Assembly (NCBI RefSeq): GCF_009914755.1
Contig: NC_060934.1
DNA length: 64,000 nucleotides
Reading direction: 5' to 3' (one strand)
From: the human T2T-CHM13v2.0 reference genome, Homo sapiens
The position numbers were made by a program, and so were the translations under genes. The notes under the pieces were generated by a model. The model was not told the DNA's origin. It saw only the letters and a program-made list of their open reading frames with translations, and did no database searches. This document shows positions 39,912 through 64,000 of the stretch, piece after piece. How positions within the stretch are numbered: position 1 is the stretch's first letter; each line of letters opens with the position of its first letter.

Positions 39912-41733
39912 TGACTAATTTTTGTATTTTTAGTAGAGGCAGGGTTTCACCATATTGGCCGGGCTGGTCTCGAACTCCTGACCTTGTGATCTGCCCACCT
40001 TGGCCTCCCAAAGTTCTGGGATTACAGGCGCGAGCCACCGCGCCCGGCCCATACTGAAAAATTTGAAGTAACAGATGTATTCCAGACCTTGTTGAATACC
40101 AACACAGTAGACAGTTTGCTATTATAACTTCTAGCAATAGAATGAAGAGATGCCAAAAATAAGGATTACCTAAGGGAGACTACTGACTAGAATTAGAAGA
40201 AGATGGGAGGCTTAACATTGGGAAACCACAGTGTTTAAAGGACAAACAGAATAAGGACTAGGAGCTGGGGCATGTCAGTGAGAGGGTAGGAAGGAGCCAG
40301 GAGGCCAGGGCGGGCTACCCATCCCCTCCATGCACCACTAGTGATTACTATGTCACTAATCCAACATAGGCTTCACAGTCCTAGCTTTCAGAATGCTCTC
40401 CTTGAAATTTCTTGTCTGTTCCTTTTTTCTGAAGAACATGCATCCTGAATGTTGGATCATGAAAAGTCTTGAATGCTGTACTAGCTCTTCCTGGCTAGGC
40501 AGTGGGGAACCACTGTTTTTTAGTAAGTCACCTGAACTCATTAATGCTCTGATATATCACTCGCCTGAACTCATTAATGCTCTGATTAATGACTCATTAG
40601 CATTGTAAGAAATGGGTTGCAGGCGGGACAAGCACCTGTTGGGAGGGAAAGGAATGTGTAATGTAAAACAGTAGTAGTGGTGGGGCATGGGCACATTTAA
40701 GCAGCAGAGGGGTAGGTGGGAGCTGGTGGCAAGGAGTGGGAAGGGAGAGGCAAGATGACTTCAGATTTTAGTTTACTTGATTAGCAGCATAGCATCAACA
40801 AATGAGTTGGGCGCTATGAAAGGAAAAGCAGATTTGGACATTGCTGAGTTTGGGGAGCCAATGGAATATCCAGGTGGGAATTTCCATTAGGCAGTTGTAG
40901 ATAAAAGGTTCAAAAGCTGAGGAAAGGGTCTGGAATCTAAATCTGTAAGTAATCACTTGGAATTTATACATCCTTGGTTTTCTTTCCTATTATCTCTAAA
41001 TTATTTCACTATTGTTAATATACGTTTATACCTCTGACACTGTATGCTGATTAGATCCTGCCTTAGAGATAGCTCCCTTCCCCTCTTTCTCTTTACAGCT
41101 CACACGTTTTGCTCTACCTACAATTGTTTCTACCTGTTGGTATGTTTAGTTCTACCTGATTCTACTCTATCCGCCTTAGATATACAGCTCTCTCTTTCCA
41201 GTTGGAAAATGTTCCCTACCTCCAAAGTCTTTCACTTTTAACTTGTGTGGAAGATAATTATCGTGCTATTTAGGGAAAAATAATCAAGTATGTTAAGAAT
41301 GCCTTATATTCAGATATATTTATAGTAGAAGGGACCAGTGCATACTGAATATTATTACTCTCCTAGGCACTACGGCTTTGGAACCACTACTTTGCCTTCT
41401 GGTCCTAAAAAAAATTATTTTTGATGTATCAGAAATATACATGATAACATTTTCCTTATGTAAATAAAAGCTATTAAACCTTTTTTATATAGAGCAGTGG
41501 ACTTCCATACTGCTATCATTTGAATATAAAGAAGCAATTTTGTTAATTTACCTAGATTTAGATTTTAGATTTGCTGTTTTGTCATTTCGTGCCCTTAGGC
41601 AGGTTATTTAACCTATTTGATCTCTAGTTGCTTGGTATATGGGAGGCATGCATAATATTTTGCTGTGACTAGTAGGTTAACCACATTGTGAAGGAATTTA
41701 TGGCATGATCAGAATGTTTTTTTCTCTCTCTAG

Positions 41734-41841
41734 ATGTTGTTATTCATGAGGACCAATGGATTGGTGAGACAGTACTACAATCAACATTTAGCAGTCAGTT
41801 ATTAAATCTTGGGAGTTATTCATCTATTCAGCCTGAAGAAT
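41734..41841 (+). pseudogene. SHLD2 pseudogene exon, 108 nt ((D)[35 protein letters not shown])
   Basis: Polypyrimidine tract ttttctctctctag|, donor |gtaagg, open frame matching SHLD2. Confidence 0.93.
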
Positions 41842-42082
41842 GTAAGGCACATTTTAAATGAAGTAATGTATTAGTGTTTAAAGTATAAAAACATACTAGG
41901 AAAGATTAGAGTTAAAATGGTTCTTTTACAAAATGTTTTCTAAACAGTTGGAGAGTATTGGTTTCTTTTCATTAGTAAGAATGAAAATAGAATTTTAAGA
42001 AATGAACTTGTACATTGTAAATCACATTTATTTTAAGAAGTATTGGGTATCATGTTTCGTTTTCTTAGGCTGTCAGTATAGT

Positions 42083-42256
42083 GGTGGTTCTTCACCTTTT
42101 AGGGAGTCAGAGACCTCTTTGAGAATCTATAGACCATTTCTCCAGAAAACTGGACTTATGTAGATAGGCACAAAATTTTGCTTATAATTCTAAAGCATTC
42201 CGTGGACCTCTGAAGTTCTTCTGTGGAACTTCTGAGCCTCTGATTAAGAATCCTTG
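42083..42256. mobile_element. Old hAT-Charlie-type MER element
   Basis: Termini gtggttcttcaccttt and attaagaatcctt with internal ctctttgagaatct motif; subfamily uncertain. Confidence 0.55.
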
Positions 42257-43019
42257 AGGTAATAAAAATGTATTGGTCTCGTATTCAGACAGCTGTGGTT
42301 TGAATCCTTATTCTCCTGTCTACCACTGCTAAGAAAAGCTATCTTTCTTCTTTAATGTCCAGTTTTCTCTTCTTTAAAAGAAGCTGTTTAATGAGGAAAC
42401 TAGCAGCTATCTCCTCCACTAGGAAATAAAATGACATAAAAAAAAGAAAGAAAACAAAGTAAGGGAAACAGTATAAACTTGTGGTTTTGGTCACTGGACT
42501 CAGATAGACCAGGATTTGAATCCTGGCCCTCTTACTTCCAGTCTTTGTCTTTAGGCAAGTTATTTCACTTCACTATACCTTTATCTCCTTTTCTGTGAAA
42601 TGGAGATAAAAATACATATATACCTTATAGGGTTGTTATGAAGATTAAGTGAGAAAATGAATATAAGATGTTGAACCTGCACATAATGTAGTAGTAACAT
42701 AGTAATATTAGAGGGAGAAATAATAAGCTAGCAAAATATATTTGATAAAATGCTGAAGTATCATACAAGAAAATAGCTAGAGAAATATACTGATTATACA
42801 AGAAGATAACTGGAATAATAGGAAAGTTATAGGATGTATATGGAAGATAGAGCATGGAATTCCAATCTTTGAATTCTTAAAGAAAGGCAGAGCAAGTAGA
42901 AGGGAAGAGCAACAATTAGAATAACAAGAACTGTGTTTGGGATGGGCAAGGTTTCATTATATACTAGGGTGGCCCATCAGCAGAAAACCAACTCTGACAT
43001 ATTTCATAGACAACTCAAA

Positions 43020-43650
43020 TAGAGTTCTTCATCTATCCAATATATATTTATTATGTGTTGACATTGTTTCAGGCACTGTGTTTACTGTACACTGGGGGTA
43101 CAATGGTGCCTGTCCTCCTGGAGCTTATGTTCTCATGTGGAAGACAGACCAAAAAAAATGAATGAAACAGACATATAAGTAAAATATTTGCAGGTGATAA
43201 TGAGTGCTATGAAGGAAACTAACAAAGGGTTAAGATACAGAATGCCATGGTTCTAGTTGAGAAGGATTGATCATGGAGTAGAATCAGGGTTAGGAAGTTG
43301 TTACAATAGCTGCAGTTGAGAGATAATGGGAGGCCAGTGGAGCTAAAGAGCCGAGATATATTTGTAAATAGAGTTAATAGGATTTTCTGATGATGTGGGT
43401 CTGGGGATCAGGGAAGAGGGACAATCTACTGCTACTGGATTACTGGTTTAAGTAACTAGGTAGCCTTTATTGTGAAAGACTGAGAGGGAACTGGTTTGTG
43501 GGGAAAAGGGCTATGTTTCAAGGCATGTTAAGTTTTAGATATCTTTGAGATATTCAAGTGGAGATGTCATATAAGAACTGGAAACAAAGTTCAGGACTCA
43601 GAAGACAGGTTTAAAATTAAGAGGCAAATTTTAGAGTTATTAGCATACAG
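43020..43650. mobile_element. L2 fragment
   Basis: L2-type motifs (ggtgataatgagtgctatgaaggaaa, gagatattcaagtggagatgtca). Confidence 0.6.
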
Positions 43651-43851
43651 ATAATATTTCAAATTTAAAAGTTTTTAAAATAAATATTATCTGTATAATT
43701 ATAGAATCACAGGGGATTGCAAAAATAATACATAAAGTCCCATGAACTCTTCTTCTAGCTTCTCCCAATGGTGATATCTTATATAACTTTAGTACAATAT
43801 CAACAACAGGAAATCAACATTTGTATAATACTGTTAACTAGTAATATACTA

Positions 43852-44145
<294 letters not shown>

Positions 44146-44199
44146 TCAGACCTTGTCTCAAAAAAAATTTTTTTCTTAAATAAATAAATATAGCATCAA

Positions 44200-50570
<6,371 letters not shown>

Positions 50571-51152
50571 GTTGAAGTCAGTTAAATTTTAATTTTGAGA
50601 TTTCTGTAAAAGATACAAGTTTAGTCTTTTATTATGTATATTTGAAGGTGTTACATTTTGGAAAGTGTGTGTGTATGAATGATAGCTAAATGGCTTCTAA
50701 GTAAAATTCAGCATATCTTGTAGATGTTGATAGAATAGAAGGGGAAGGAATGTTTTGAAATAATGAAAATAACATGGTATGCAAATGCTTTGCAAGAGAT
50801 TTGGGAAATGTAGATATCTCTGGTTTTAAGGATGATCTAGATTCAAGTAATAGTTCAGTAATTTCATAAAACTCTTATGACAAAATTCTGGATGGAGAAT
50901 ATTCTATGAATCCCCTAGAGAGTTTCAGGTTTTTGTAGAATGATGTGAAAAATCTTGAACTAATTAGATAATCTTTAGAAGTTACTTCACAATCTTTGTT
51001 TTTACACATACACAGGAATTTATGGTGCTTTATTTTTTACAAGTTAGTAGCTAAATAAAGTATATTCTAAAGTTTTTTATTGATGTAGGGAAATGGCTAC
51101 CAGTGGACATTTTGAGAATATTGCAGTTGTTTTCCTTCTGAAAGAGTAAACC

Positions 51153-51580
51153 GGGTCATGACGCAGCGAGTTTCAGTCGTGACTTTTCTGGGGGCATCGC
51201 GGCGTCCCCTTTTTTTGCCTTTAAAGTAAAACGTCGCCCCGACGCACCCCCCGCGTATTTCGGGGGGCGGAGGCGGCGGGCCACGGCGCGAAGAGGGGCG
51301 GTGCTGACGCCGGCCGGTCACGTGGGCGTGTTGTGGGGGGGGAGGGGCGCCGCCGCGCGGTCGGTTCCGGGCGGTTGGGAGCGCGCGAGCTAGCGAGCGA
51401 GAGGCAGCCGCGCCCGCCGCCGCCCCTGCTCTGTATGCCGCTCTCTCCCGGCGCGGCCGCCGCCGATCACAGCAGCAGGAGCCGCCGCCGCCGCGGTTGA
51501 TGTGGTTGGGCCGGGGCTGAGGAGGCCGCCAAGATGCCGCAGTCAAAGTCCCGGAAGATCGCGATCCTGGGCTACCGGTC
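51153..51580. promoter_or_regulatory. CpG island imported with the RHEB 5' leader (GC boxes, E-box GTCACGTG, half-CRE TGACG)
   Basis: Only non-Alu CpG-dense block in the window; GGGGCGG near 51264 and 51295, TGACG 51305, GTCACGTG 51317-51324. Promoter activity is not shown. Confidence 0.7.
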
Positions 51581-52477
51581 TGTGGGGAAATCCTCATTGA
51601 CGATTCAATTTGTTGAAGGCCAATTTGTGGACTCCTACGATCCAACCATAGAAAACACTTTTACAAAGTTGATCACAGTAAATGGACAAGAATATCATCT
51701 TTAACTTGTAGACACAGCCGGGCAAGATGAATATTCTATCTTTCCTCAGACATACTCCATAGATATTAATGGCTATATTCTTGTGTATTCTGTTACATCA
51801 ATCAAAAGTTTTGAAGTGATTAAAGTTATCCATGGCAAATTGTTGGATATGGTGGGGAAAGTACAAATACCTATTATGTTGGTTGGAAATAAGAAAGACC
51901 TGCATATGGAAAGGGTGATCAGTTATGAAGAAGGGAAAGCTTTGGCAGAATCTTGGAATGCAGCTTTTTTGGAATCTTCTGCTAAAGAAAATCAGACTGC
52001 TGTTGATGTTTTTCGAAGGATGATTTTGGAGGCAGAAAAAATGGACGGGGGCAGCTTCACAAGGCAAGTCTTCATGCTCGGTGATGTGATTCTGCTGCAA
52101 AGCCCGAGGACACTGGGAATATATTCTAGCTGAAGAAGCAAACTGCCCGTTCTCCTTGGAGATAAACTATGCTTCTTTTTTCTTCTGTTAACCTGAAAGA
52201 TATCATTTGGGTCAGAGCTCCCCTCCCTTCAGATTATGTTAACTCTGAGTCTGTCCAAATGAGTTCACTTCCATTTTCAAATTTTAAGCAATCATATTTT
52301 CAATTTATATATTGTGTTTCTTAATATTATGACCAAGAATTTTATCGGCATTAATTTTTCAGTGTAGTTTGTTGTTTAAAATAATGTAATCATCAAAATG
52401 ATGCATATTGTTACACTACTATTAACTAGGCTTCAATATATCAGTGTTTATTTCATTGTGTTAAATGTATACTTGTA

Positions 52478-52483
52478 AATAAA
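52478..52483 (+). terminator. Polyadenylation signal of the RHEB retrocopy
   Basis: AATAAA 15 nt upstream of the templated poly(A). Confidence 0.85.
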
Positions 52484-52667
52484 ATAGCTGCAAACCTCAA
52501 AAAAACAAAAAAAAACAAAAAAAAGAGTAAACCAATTTGGTTACTCATTTTACCAATTTGGTTTTGATTTTGCAAGTGGTTACAACTCATGAGAGGATTC
52601 TTATTTCTGATCAATATATTGTGTTTTTGGAAAGGACTTCTGGGAAATAATTATGATGAAGCCCTCG

Positions 52668-54008
<1,341 letters not shown>

Positions 54009-55551
54009 CTTCTGTTCTTTCATCTTTATAGTGAGGTGTTACATGTTTTACAAACCTAGTTCTGATAATGTGACAGGAATATAAATTTATCTTGAATATT
54101 ATTAAATATATAAGTCAAAGATCAACACAGTGTTTCCATGAGGTAGACTTTTTTTGGAATCTAAATAACCATGTGTTTCCATGTAAATTTTTATGAATCA
54201 GGGACAAATATATAATTTGATGTCAGAGATGTTTTTGTTCCCCAAAAGCTCTATCTTGTTCATGAAAAACGAAGCCCAGAGAAGTTATGTACAAGTTCAC
54301 AGAGCTCATTATTGACAAAACCAGAATTTGAATACAACTCTTCTGATTCCAGATTTGCTGGAAATACTGTGAAAGAAGAATTCAGTCTGGTAGTATTACG
54401 TGTGGTTTTAATTTTTTCTTTGTAACTTTAGTTTGAATTTTATGTGTGTGTGAGCATCTGCATTTACTTTTAAAAACTTTTATTGTAAAAGCCTTCAAAC
54501 ATATACAAAAGTAGAGAATACAAAGCATAATGAACTTAAGTACCTATTAGCCAGCTTATTAAAACATGGTCAGTCTTGTTTCACCTGTTACATCCCTTTT
54601 CTTTTACTGTCTAAAGGAAGGAAAGAAGAATCACAAATCAGTTTATGAAGTCTGCTTTCTAAAAAGTACTTAAGTGTTTATTGCCAATATCTTATTTTGG
54701 TCAGCAATCAATCACGTACTCAAGCATACTTCTCTTACCTTCAGAGAAATTAAAATTTAATCAGCAAAACTCATCAGCCTGTACATTTAAAATATATGCA
54801 TGTTATTGTACAGAAACTATACCTTAATAAAAAGTGAGAAAAAAAAATGAGACAGGAAAGAGAAAAACATTTAAAAGACATAGTAACTGAAGAATTAAAT
54901 AACCAATCCAACACTTGAAAAATATTACAATGTAGCACATGCTTAAAAGCTCTCTGAGCTCAGGGAAAAAAGCAGCACTGTGAATCTATAGTGGTCATCA
55001 TTCTATGTGGTATTGGGTAGGACAAGAAGACAGCCTTGCAGCTGGAAATTGGTGAGGACGGAGGCCTCGTGTGGAAAGAGTAAGGCACACTCAGGGAGAG
55101 AACCAGTGAGGTGGCTCTGAGCCTGTTTCAGAAGGGGCTTGAGGAAGAACGGCAGAGGCTAGGATAGTTGGGAAAGCAGGATCAAATCAGACTCCAGGGA
55201 TTGGGGAACCAATTGGCTGTTACAGGGTGGTGGAGTCAAAAAAGAACAGAAATTTTGTGTTTGGTTAATTGATAGAAAATGATATTATTAACAAAGTAAA
55301 GAAGTATGGGAACAGCACAAGTTTTTTGGGGATAGTAAATAATTCCATTTCCATTGATTAAAAATATCAAGTTTATTTTTACATCTAAACTGATTCAAGA
55401 CTTAGCTATTGTACATGTTTTAGAGAAAACAAAACTATATTTTATATCTAATCATACTTTACAACATAAAATACAGTTCTAAAAAATATTATTTGTCAAG
55501 AAAAATGTAATGTTGCCATCTTTTGTCTGTATGCATGTTTTTTTTCCTTAG

Positions 55552-55745
55552 ATTCCAGTGTAGTTAGTGACGTTGTACTTCAAGACTTACTGGCATATGT
55601 GTCCTCAAAACATTCCTACCTCAGAGATCTTCCTCCGAGACAGCCTCAGAGGGTGAACAGTATAGACTTTGTAGAATTGGAGCACCTTCAACCTGATGTG
55701 TTAGTCCACGCAGTACTAAGAGTTGTTGATTTCCTATACTGACAG
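55552..55745 (+). pseudogene. SHLD2 pseudogene exon, 194 nt ((Y)[60 protein letters not shown]...) with 1-nt deletion
   Basis: Acceptor tttttccttag|, donor cag|gtaaac. Sequence reads ttc ct ata ctg aca where F-T-I-L-T needs ttc act ata. Confidence 0.92.
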
Positions 55746-55912
55746 GTAAACATTTTGACTGCCTCCTTAATTTTAGATTATGAAAAAATTAAGATACAAG
55801 ACCATCTTAGTGTACCATTTGGTTATCACTATATATGTATCATCAGCTATTAAAGTATGGTATCACGTGTGATAGAGTAATGCCAACTAAGATACTCATT
55901 TTCCTTTTCCAG

Positions 55913-56047
55913 AGGCAGTATACAGTTATAGAGGACAGAAGCAGAAAAAAGTTATGTTAACAGTGGAACAGGCCCAAGATCAACATTATGCGCTTGTATT
56001 ATGGGGTCCTGGAGCAGCCTGGTACCCTCAACTTCAAAGGAAAAAAG
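55913..56047 (+). pseudogene. SHLD2 pseudogene exon, 135 nt ((E)[44 protein letters not shown])
   Basis: Acceptor ttccttttccag|, donor aag|gtaaat; follows a 167-nt intron. Confidence 0.93.
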
Positions 56048-58143
56048 GTAAATACACCAAAAAGCATTTAACCTATTTATATTTCGGTAAATGATTAATG
56101 TTTATGAGCCCAAGATGGAGAAAATCTTAAGAGACGAGACAGCATTTGAAATACAAGTGATCATGATTGAATATTCTTCTGCAAATTTCTTCTGTTAAAA
56201 TTTTGTACCTCTTGTAGCAATTCATTTATCTAATAAGTCTTCATTAATTAATGGTGGTGAAATAAAGGCTTAAATTTATTCCCAGATATACTACTTTACC
56301 TTTTTAGTGAAGATCTTACCTCCTTCAAATAATGTTCTTTAAACATTTAATTCTGGAGAAGCTTCTACAATTTTTTTTTCAGCCAGAGTACTCTGATAAA
56401 TAAATGCTATGATTATAAGGCAGATGTCAAGGGAGTTACCTTAACTCTTTCAAGTCACAATTAATGTTCAATAAATTACAGTTTCATATTTTTATTATAG
56501 TTGTTTTAAAAGCATGCACTGTTAGCCATCCCTAGAATGTTCAGTGTTAAAATATGACCCATGATTACATTTTTCTTTAAAGCATAAATTATTTCTGGTA
56601 TATTGAATTAAATGGAATTGATGTTTCATTAAAATAGTATAGTGTCTTCCCTTTGCTCTTGTGAGATCCTTTAGTTGTAACAATCAAAGACAGTTTCATT
56701 TGTGGCTTATGAGTTATTTTTCCCTGCTAAATTAATTTAGAGATTGATTCAGTATATTATTATTTTTTACCTGAAAGAGTTAATGTCTCTCCAAACTTCT
56801 GCCTTCCAAATAGTTATTTGTAGATAGGATCTATCACATTGTCTCTCTTAATCATTAATAGCTATGACTAGGATTTGAGATAAGTCTAACTTTGGACTTT
56901 TATGTTAAGATCAAACAGGGACAGATGTTTGGTTGAGCAAGCTGACAAACATGTATCAGTGATAGACTAACTATGATCATTGACCACCATAGCCTGGCTG
57001 AGAACATGAGTCTAGTGCATGCTACACAAGAATGTAGGTCACAGGTATAGTGGAGCTGTAACAGAGCAGATTGCTCCATGTTTAATGTGAATATTCTTTT
57101 AAAATTAATAGTTTTTTGGTTAATAGAAGAGAAATTACAGTTGTCTCTAGGTGACTCTATGGTGTTTAGGTTAGTATTGAAAACGTATGAATCCAGGAAT
57201 TAAGATGTTGTTGTTCTTTGTACATTCATTCATCCAGCCCCCCTTATTTGTAACCATCATTTTAAAGTTTTAACATCTACTTCAATACCTCACATCAGTC
57301 TTTTTAAGATAAAAATACCAATTTTGAAGGATTACTTAAGTAATTCTATTTTCCTGATTTTACTTTTCTTTTCAAGAGACCAACCCCATTTCCAAATTCC
57401 CAGCAAAGAGAATCTGATTGCCCAGAGTAAATTTGATTCAAAAAACTGTGATCAGGAAGACAGGGTCACGCAATACAAATATGAGAGCTTGAGCTTATTT
57501 CAGTGGATGGGAAAACAGTTAAGGGAATCATTTGTGATCTGGGTGAATACATAAAGATATTCACTACCAAAAATGTGTATGTTCATTAGCTTAGAAAGAT
57601 ATATGTAATGTATTATTTAGTTTAAAAAGTAGATTATAGGCCAGGTGTGGTGGCTCACTCCTGTTAACCCAGTACCTTGGGAGGCTGAGGTGGGTGGATT
57701 GCTTGAGCCCAGGAGTCCAAGTTCTCATCTTAAAAAAAAATAAAAAATAAAAAAAATTGGATTGTAAAACTTCATGTATAGAAAATATATTATGTTATCA
57801 TATAATAAATATTTTTATGTTTATATAAGTTAATACACAAAAATTTTCAAGAAAACCCTTTATATATGATAGTATCTCATTTTAATAAAAATGTATCTAT
57901 AAGTACATATGTGCATTTGAAAACCTGGAAATATGCATGTATAGCAAAATGCTAGCCGTAGTTATTTCTGTATAGTAGTATTATATGTGCTTTAATTTTT
58001 TTCTTTATACCTTTAGTTTGAATTTCATATGTGTGTGAGCATCTGCATTTACTTTTAAAAACTTTTATTATAAAAGCCTTCAAGCATATACAAAAGTAGA
58101 GAGAATACTAAGCATAAGGCACTTTTTTTTTTTGTTTGTTTGA

Positions 58144-58452
<309 letters not shown>

Positions 58453-59928
58453 TAGCCAGCTTATTAAAACATGGTCAGTCTTGTTTCACCTGTTACCTCC
58501 CTCATCTTTACTGTTTAAATATTTCACAATAAATGTATTTTATTTTATAATTAAAAATAAAATTAAAACCTTATGCTTTTTAAAATAAAAGAATAGTTAA
58601 TGTTTGGAAAATCTAGCTAACAATGTGAGAAAAAATAGAATTAAATTTATACTTTATATTTGTGCCAATATAAATTTCAGATACATTAGAGATTCAAATA
58701 CAAAAATAATGAAACAATGAATAGTAGAAGAAAATATAGGCAAAATTATTTGTAATGCAAAGGTTGGTAGGGTAAATAAAATCCAGGAACAAAAACTATT
58801 ATACATAAAAACCACCATGTACAAAATTGAAAGGCAACAAAAAAAAAACAGAAAAAAAATTACATTGTCAGACAATAATGCAGTAAGCAAAAGACACATA
58901 TCTATAGAGTTAAATGGGGAAAGGATATGAGTAGGCAAGTCCCCAAAGAAGAAATAAAAATGGCCAATAAATATATGGAAAAATTGTTCTTACAAGTAAT
59001 TGAAAACACACAAAGTAATGATGATAGATTATTTTTCTTTTAAGAAATTGATTGAGAAGATATGGGAAAACAGCTACTGTCATCAGCTATTGGAAATGCA
59101 AACTGGCAGAACCTTTCTTGAGGATAACTGACAATTAATATGAACAAATTGGGGGTACTTTTAGCCCAATAATTTTAGCTCTAGGAACTTATCATAACTA
59201 TGTATAAAGATGTAGCTGAAAATGGGTTTATCATGGTATCATGTATAATTGTGAAAAATAAAAAACAACCAGAGTCCCTCAAAATAGAGGTTTGCTGTAA
59301 TAATTTTTAAGATTTTGGTGTATCTGGACAATGGCATATTATGTAATATTTAAAAGCAATGTAGAATAATACATACATATAAAACTATATTTGACTTATT
59401 AAGTCAATCCCAATAAATAAAATCCCAAACAACTGGTTGTCCGCTAAAATGTTAACTGCTTATTTAGGGTGTTGAGATTATGGCTGCTATATGTTTATTT
59501 ACTTGGCTTCTCTTAGCTTACTTTTCTAATCAGGTATTTTGTAATAAGACAAGAAAGCTATTTTAGTGATTGGTTTTAAGCAGTAACTTGGAATATATGC
59601 TTTAGTTCTAGCTAGTGATGTTCTGTCTTTACAGATTTACTGAGATGTTTGATGATTTTCCACCAAAAAAAAAAAAAAATCTTTAGTGAAAGAAACTAAG
59701 GAGATGAGCAGGTGTAGTAAATTAGATTTATGGCCTGAAGTGAGAAACTAAAAAGACAGCTGATGTTATCAGAAAAATGAGTGCTAAGAAACCCTCTTTT
59801 GTTTTATTATAGTTTTGAAGTTGAATTTACTAATACAGAATATGATAATACAGATAAGTTGAATTTACTAATAGAGAATATAACAGTAACAAGGTCTGTG
59901 TTACTGTGGCTTTAAGTATTAGAATTGT

Positions 59929-60800
<872 letters not shown>

Positions 60801-60981
60801 TCTCTAGCATGCTTCTGTTGTCTTAATGCACCATTCATATTTTGTCTCTGTTTACCCAAATTCTTTAGTGATAAAAGATTAGTATTCAACTGACTTAATC
60901 AGATCAATCTATTTAATCTGATACTAAGCCTAGATTTTTTTTCCTTTTTGGTGACTTTTGTTTTTACTGTTTTTGTTTAAG

Positions 60982-61188
60982 GTTATATTTGGGAATTTAA
61001 ATATCTTTTTGTTCAGCGCAATTACACACTAGAAAACCTAGAATTGCATACAACGCCTTGGTCATCCTGTGAGTGCTTGTTTGATGATGATATAAGGGCA
61101 ATTACATTTAAAGCAAAATTTCAAAAAAGTGCACCCTCCTTTGTGAAGATATCAGACTTAGCAACCCACCTAGAGGATAAGTGTTCAG
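60982..61188 (+). pseudogene. SHLD2 pseudogene exon, 207 nt ((G)YIWEFKYLFVQRNYTLENLELHTTPWSSCECLFDDDIRAITFKAKFQKSAPSFVKISDLATHLEDKCS)
   Basis: Acceptor ttttgtttaag|, donor cag|gtaaga; overlaps ORF 61044..61319. Corresponds to the alternatively spliced exon of the long SHLD2 isoform (from memory). Confidence 0.92.
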
Positions 61189-61224
61189 GTAAGATTTTTA
61201 TATACATAAATTCTGCTATTTTTA

Positions 61225-63820
<2,596 letters not shown>

Positions 63821-64000
63821 ATTTTGTAGTGATTTAACATGTCTTTGGAAAGATGTGGTATTGAATCTTCTACAGTTTGTTACATATTCGATCGCTACGC
63901 ACTCCTGCTAACTCATGTAGGGATATGTGACACAATTGGAAGAGATGATGAAACCGTCTTTGGGCATTGAAAGACTAAAGCAAATGAAGTTAAGAACAGA

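Larger units (their letters stand above)
51153..52521 (+). pseudogene. Processed RHEB pseudogene (RHEBP1/RHEBP2-type): 5' leader, intronless CDS, 3'UTR, poly(A)
   Basis: ATG 51534 [43 protein letters not shown]; TAA at codon 57 (51702-51704); extra G at 52047-52051; ancestral CSVM-TGA ends 52089; AATAAA 52478-52483; A-tail 52499-52521. Confidence 0.97.
51141..52533 (+). repeat. 12-bp target-site duplication AAAGAGTAAACC flanking the RHEB retrocopy
   Basis: Exact copies at 51141-51152 and 52522-52533, typical of L1-mediated retrotransposition. Confidence 0.95.

Noticed and set aside
51097-51645. 182-aa antisense Arg/Pro/Gly-rich ORF crossing the insertion junction
   Set aside because: TTG start (first ATG at 51597) and low complexity, as expected opposite a GC-rich leader; no independent support.
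51783-52133. 116-aa Ras-family ORF as a functional GTPase
   Set aside because: It is the RHEB retrocopy downstream of the nonsense codon; non-ATG start, no P-loop or switch regions, no CAAX.

Overview
This is human/great-ape genomic DNA, very Alu-dense and full of old L1, L2, MIR and DNA-transposon relics. It holds five + strand exons of a duplicated, unprocessed pseudogene of SHLD2/FAM35A (shieldin subunit 2): 35033-36560, 41734-41841, 55552-55745, 55913-56047 and 60982-61188. All five have canonical GT-AG sites, but four frameshifts disrupt the coding sequence. One intron carries a young, full-length processed RHEB pseudogene (51153-52521) with a 12-bp TSD, poly(A) tail, Q57* nonsense change, a +1 frameshift that removes the CAAX box, and an imported CpG island. 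This pairing fits the FAM35B/FAM35DP (SHLD2P) segmental duplications at 10q11.22; I cannot tell which copy this is. Other features are a 7SL retrocopy split by an Alu monomer, MER30/MER30B elements, and a ~225-bp local duplication bracketing two exons. Nearly all ORFs in the track are Alu/L1 artefacts. I see no convincing novel multi-gene system. The best leads are hypotheses: a truncated N-terminal SHLD2 product, a circRNA-prone large exon whose back-splice junction is in frame, and a retro-imported promoter. Comparisons to SHLD2, RHEB and repeat consensus sequences come from memory, not alignment; repeat boundaries are approximate.
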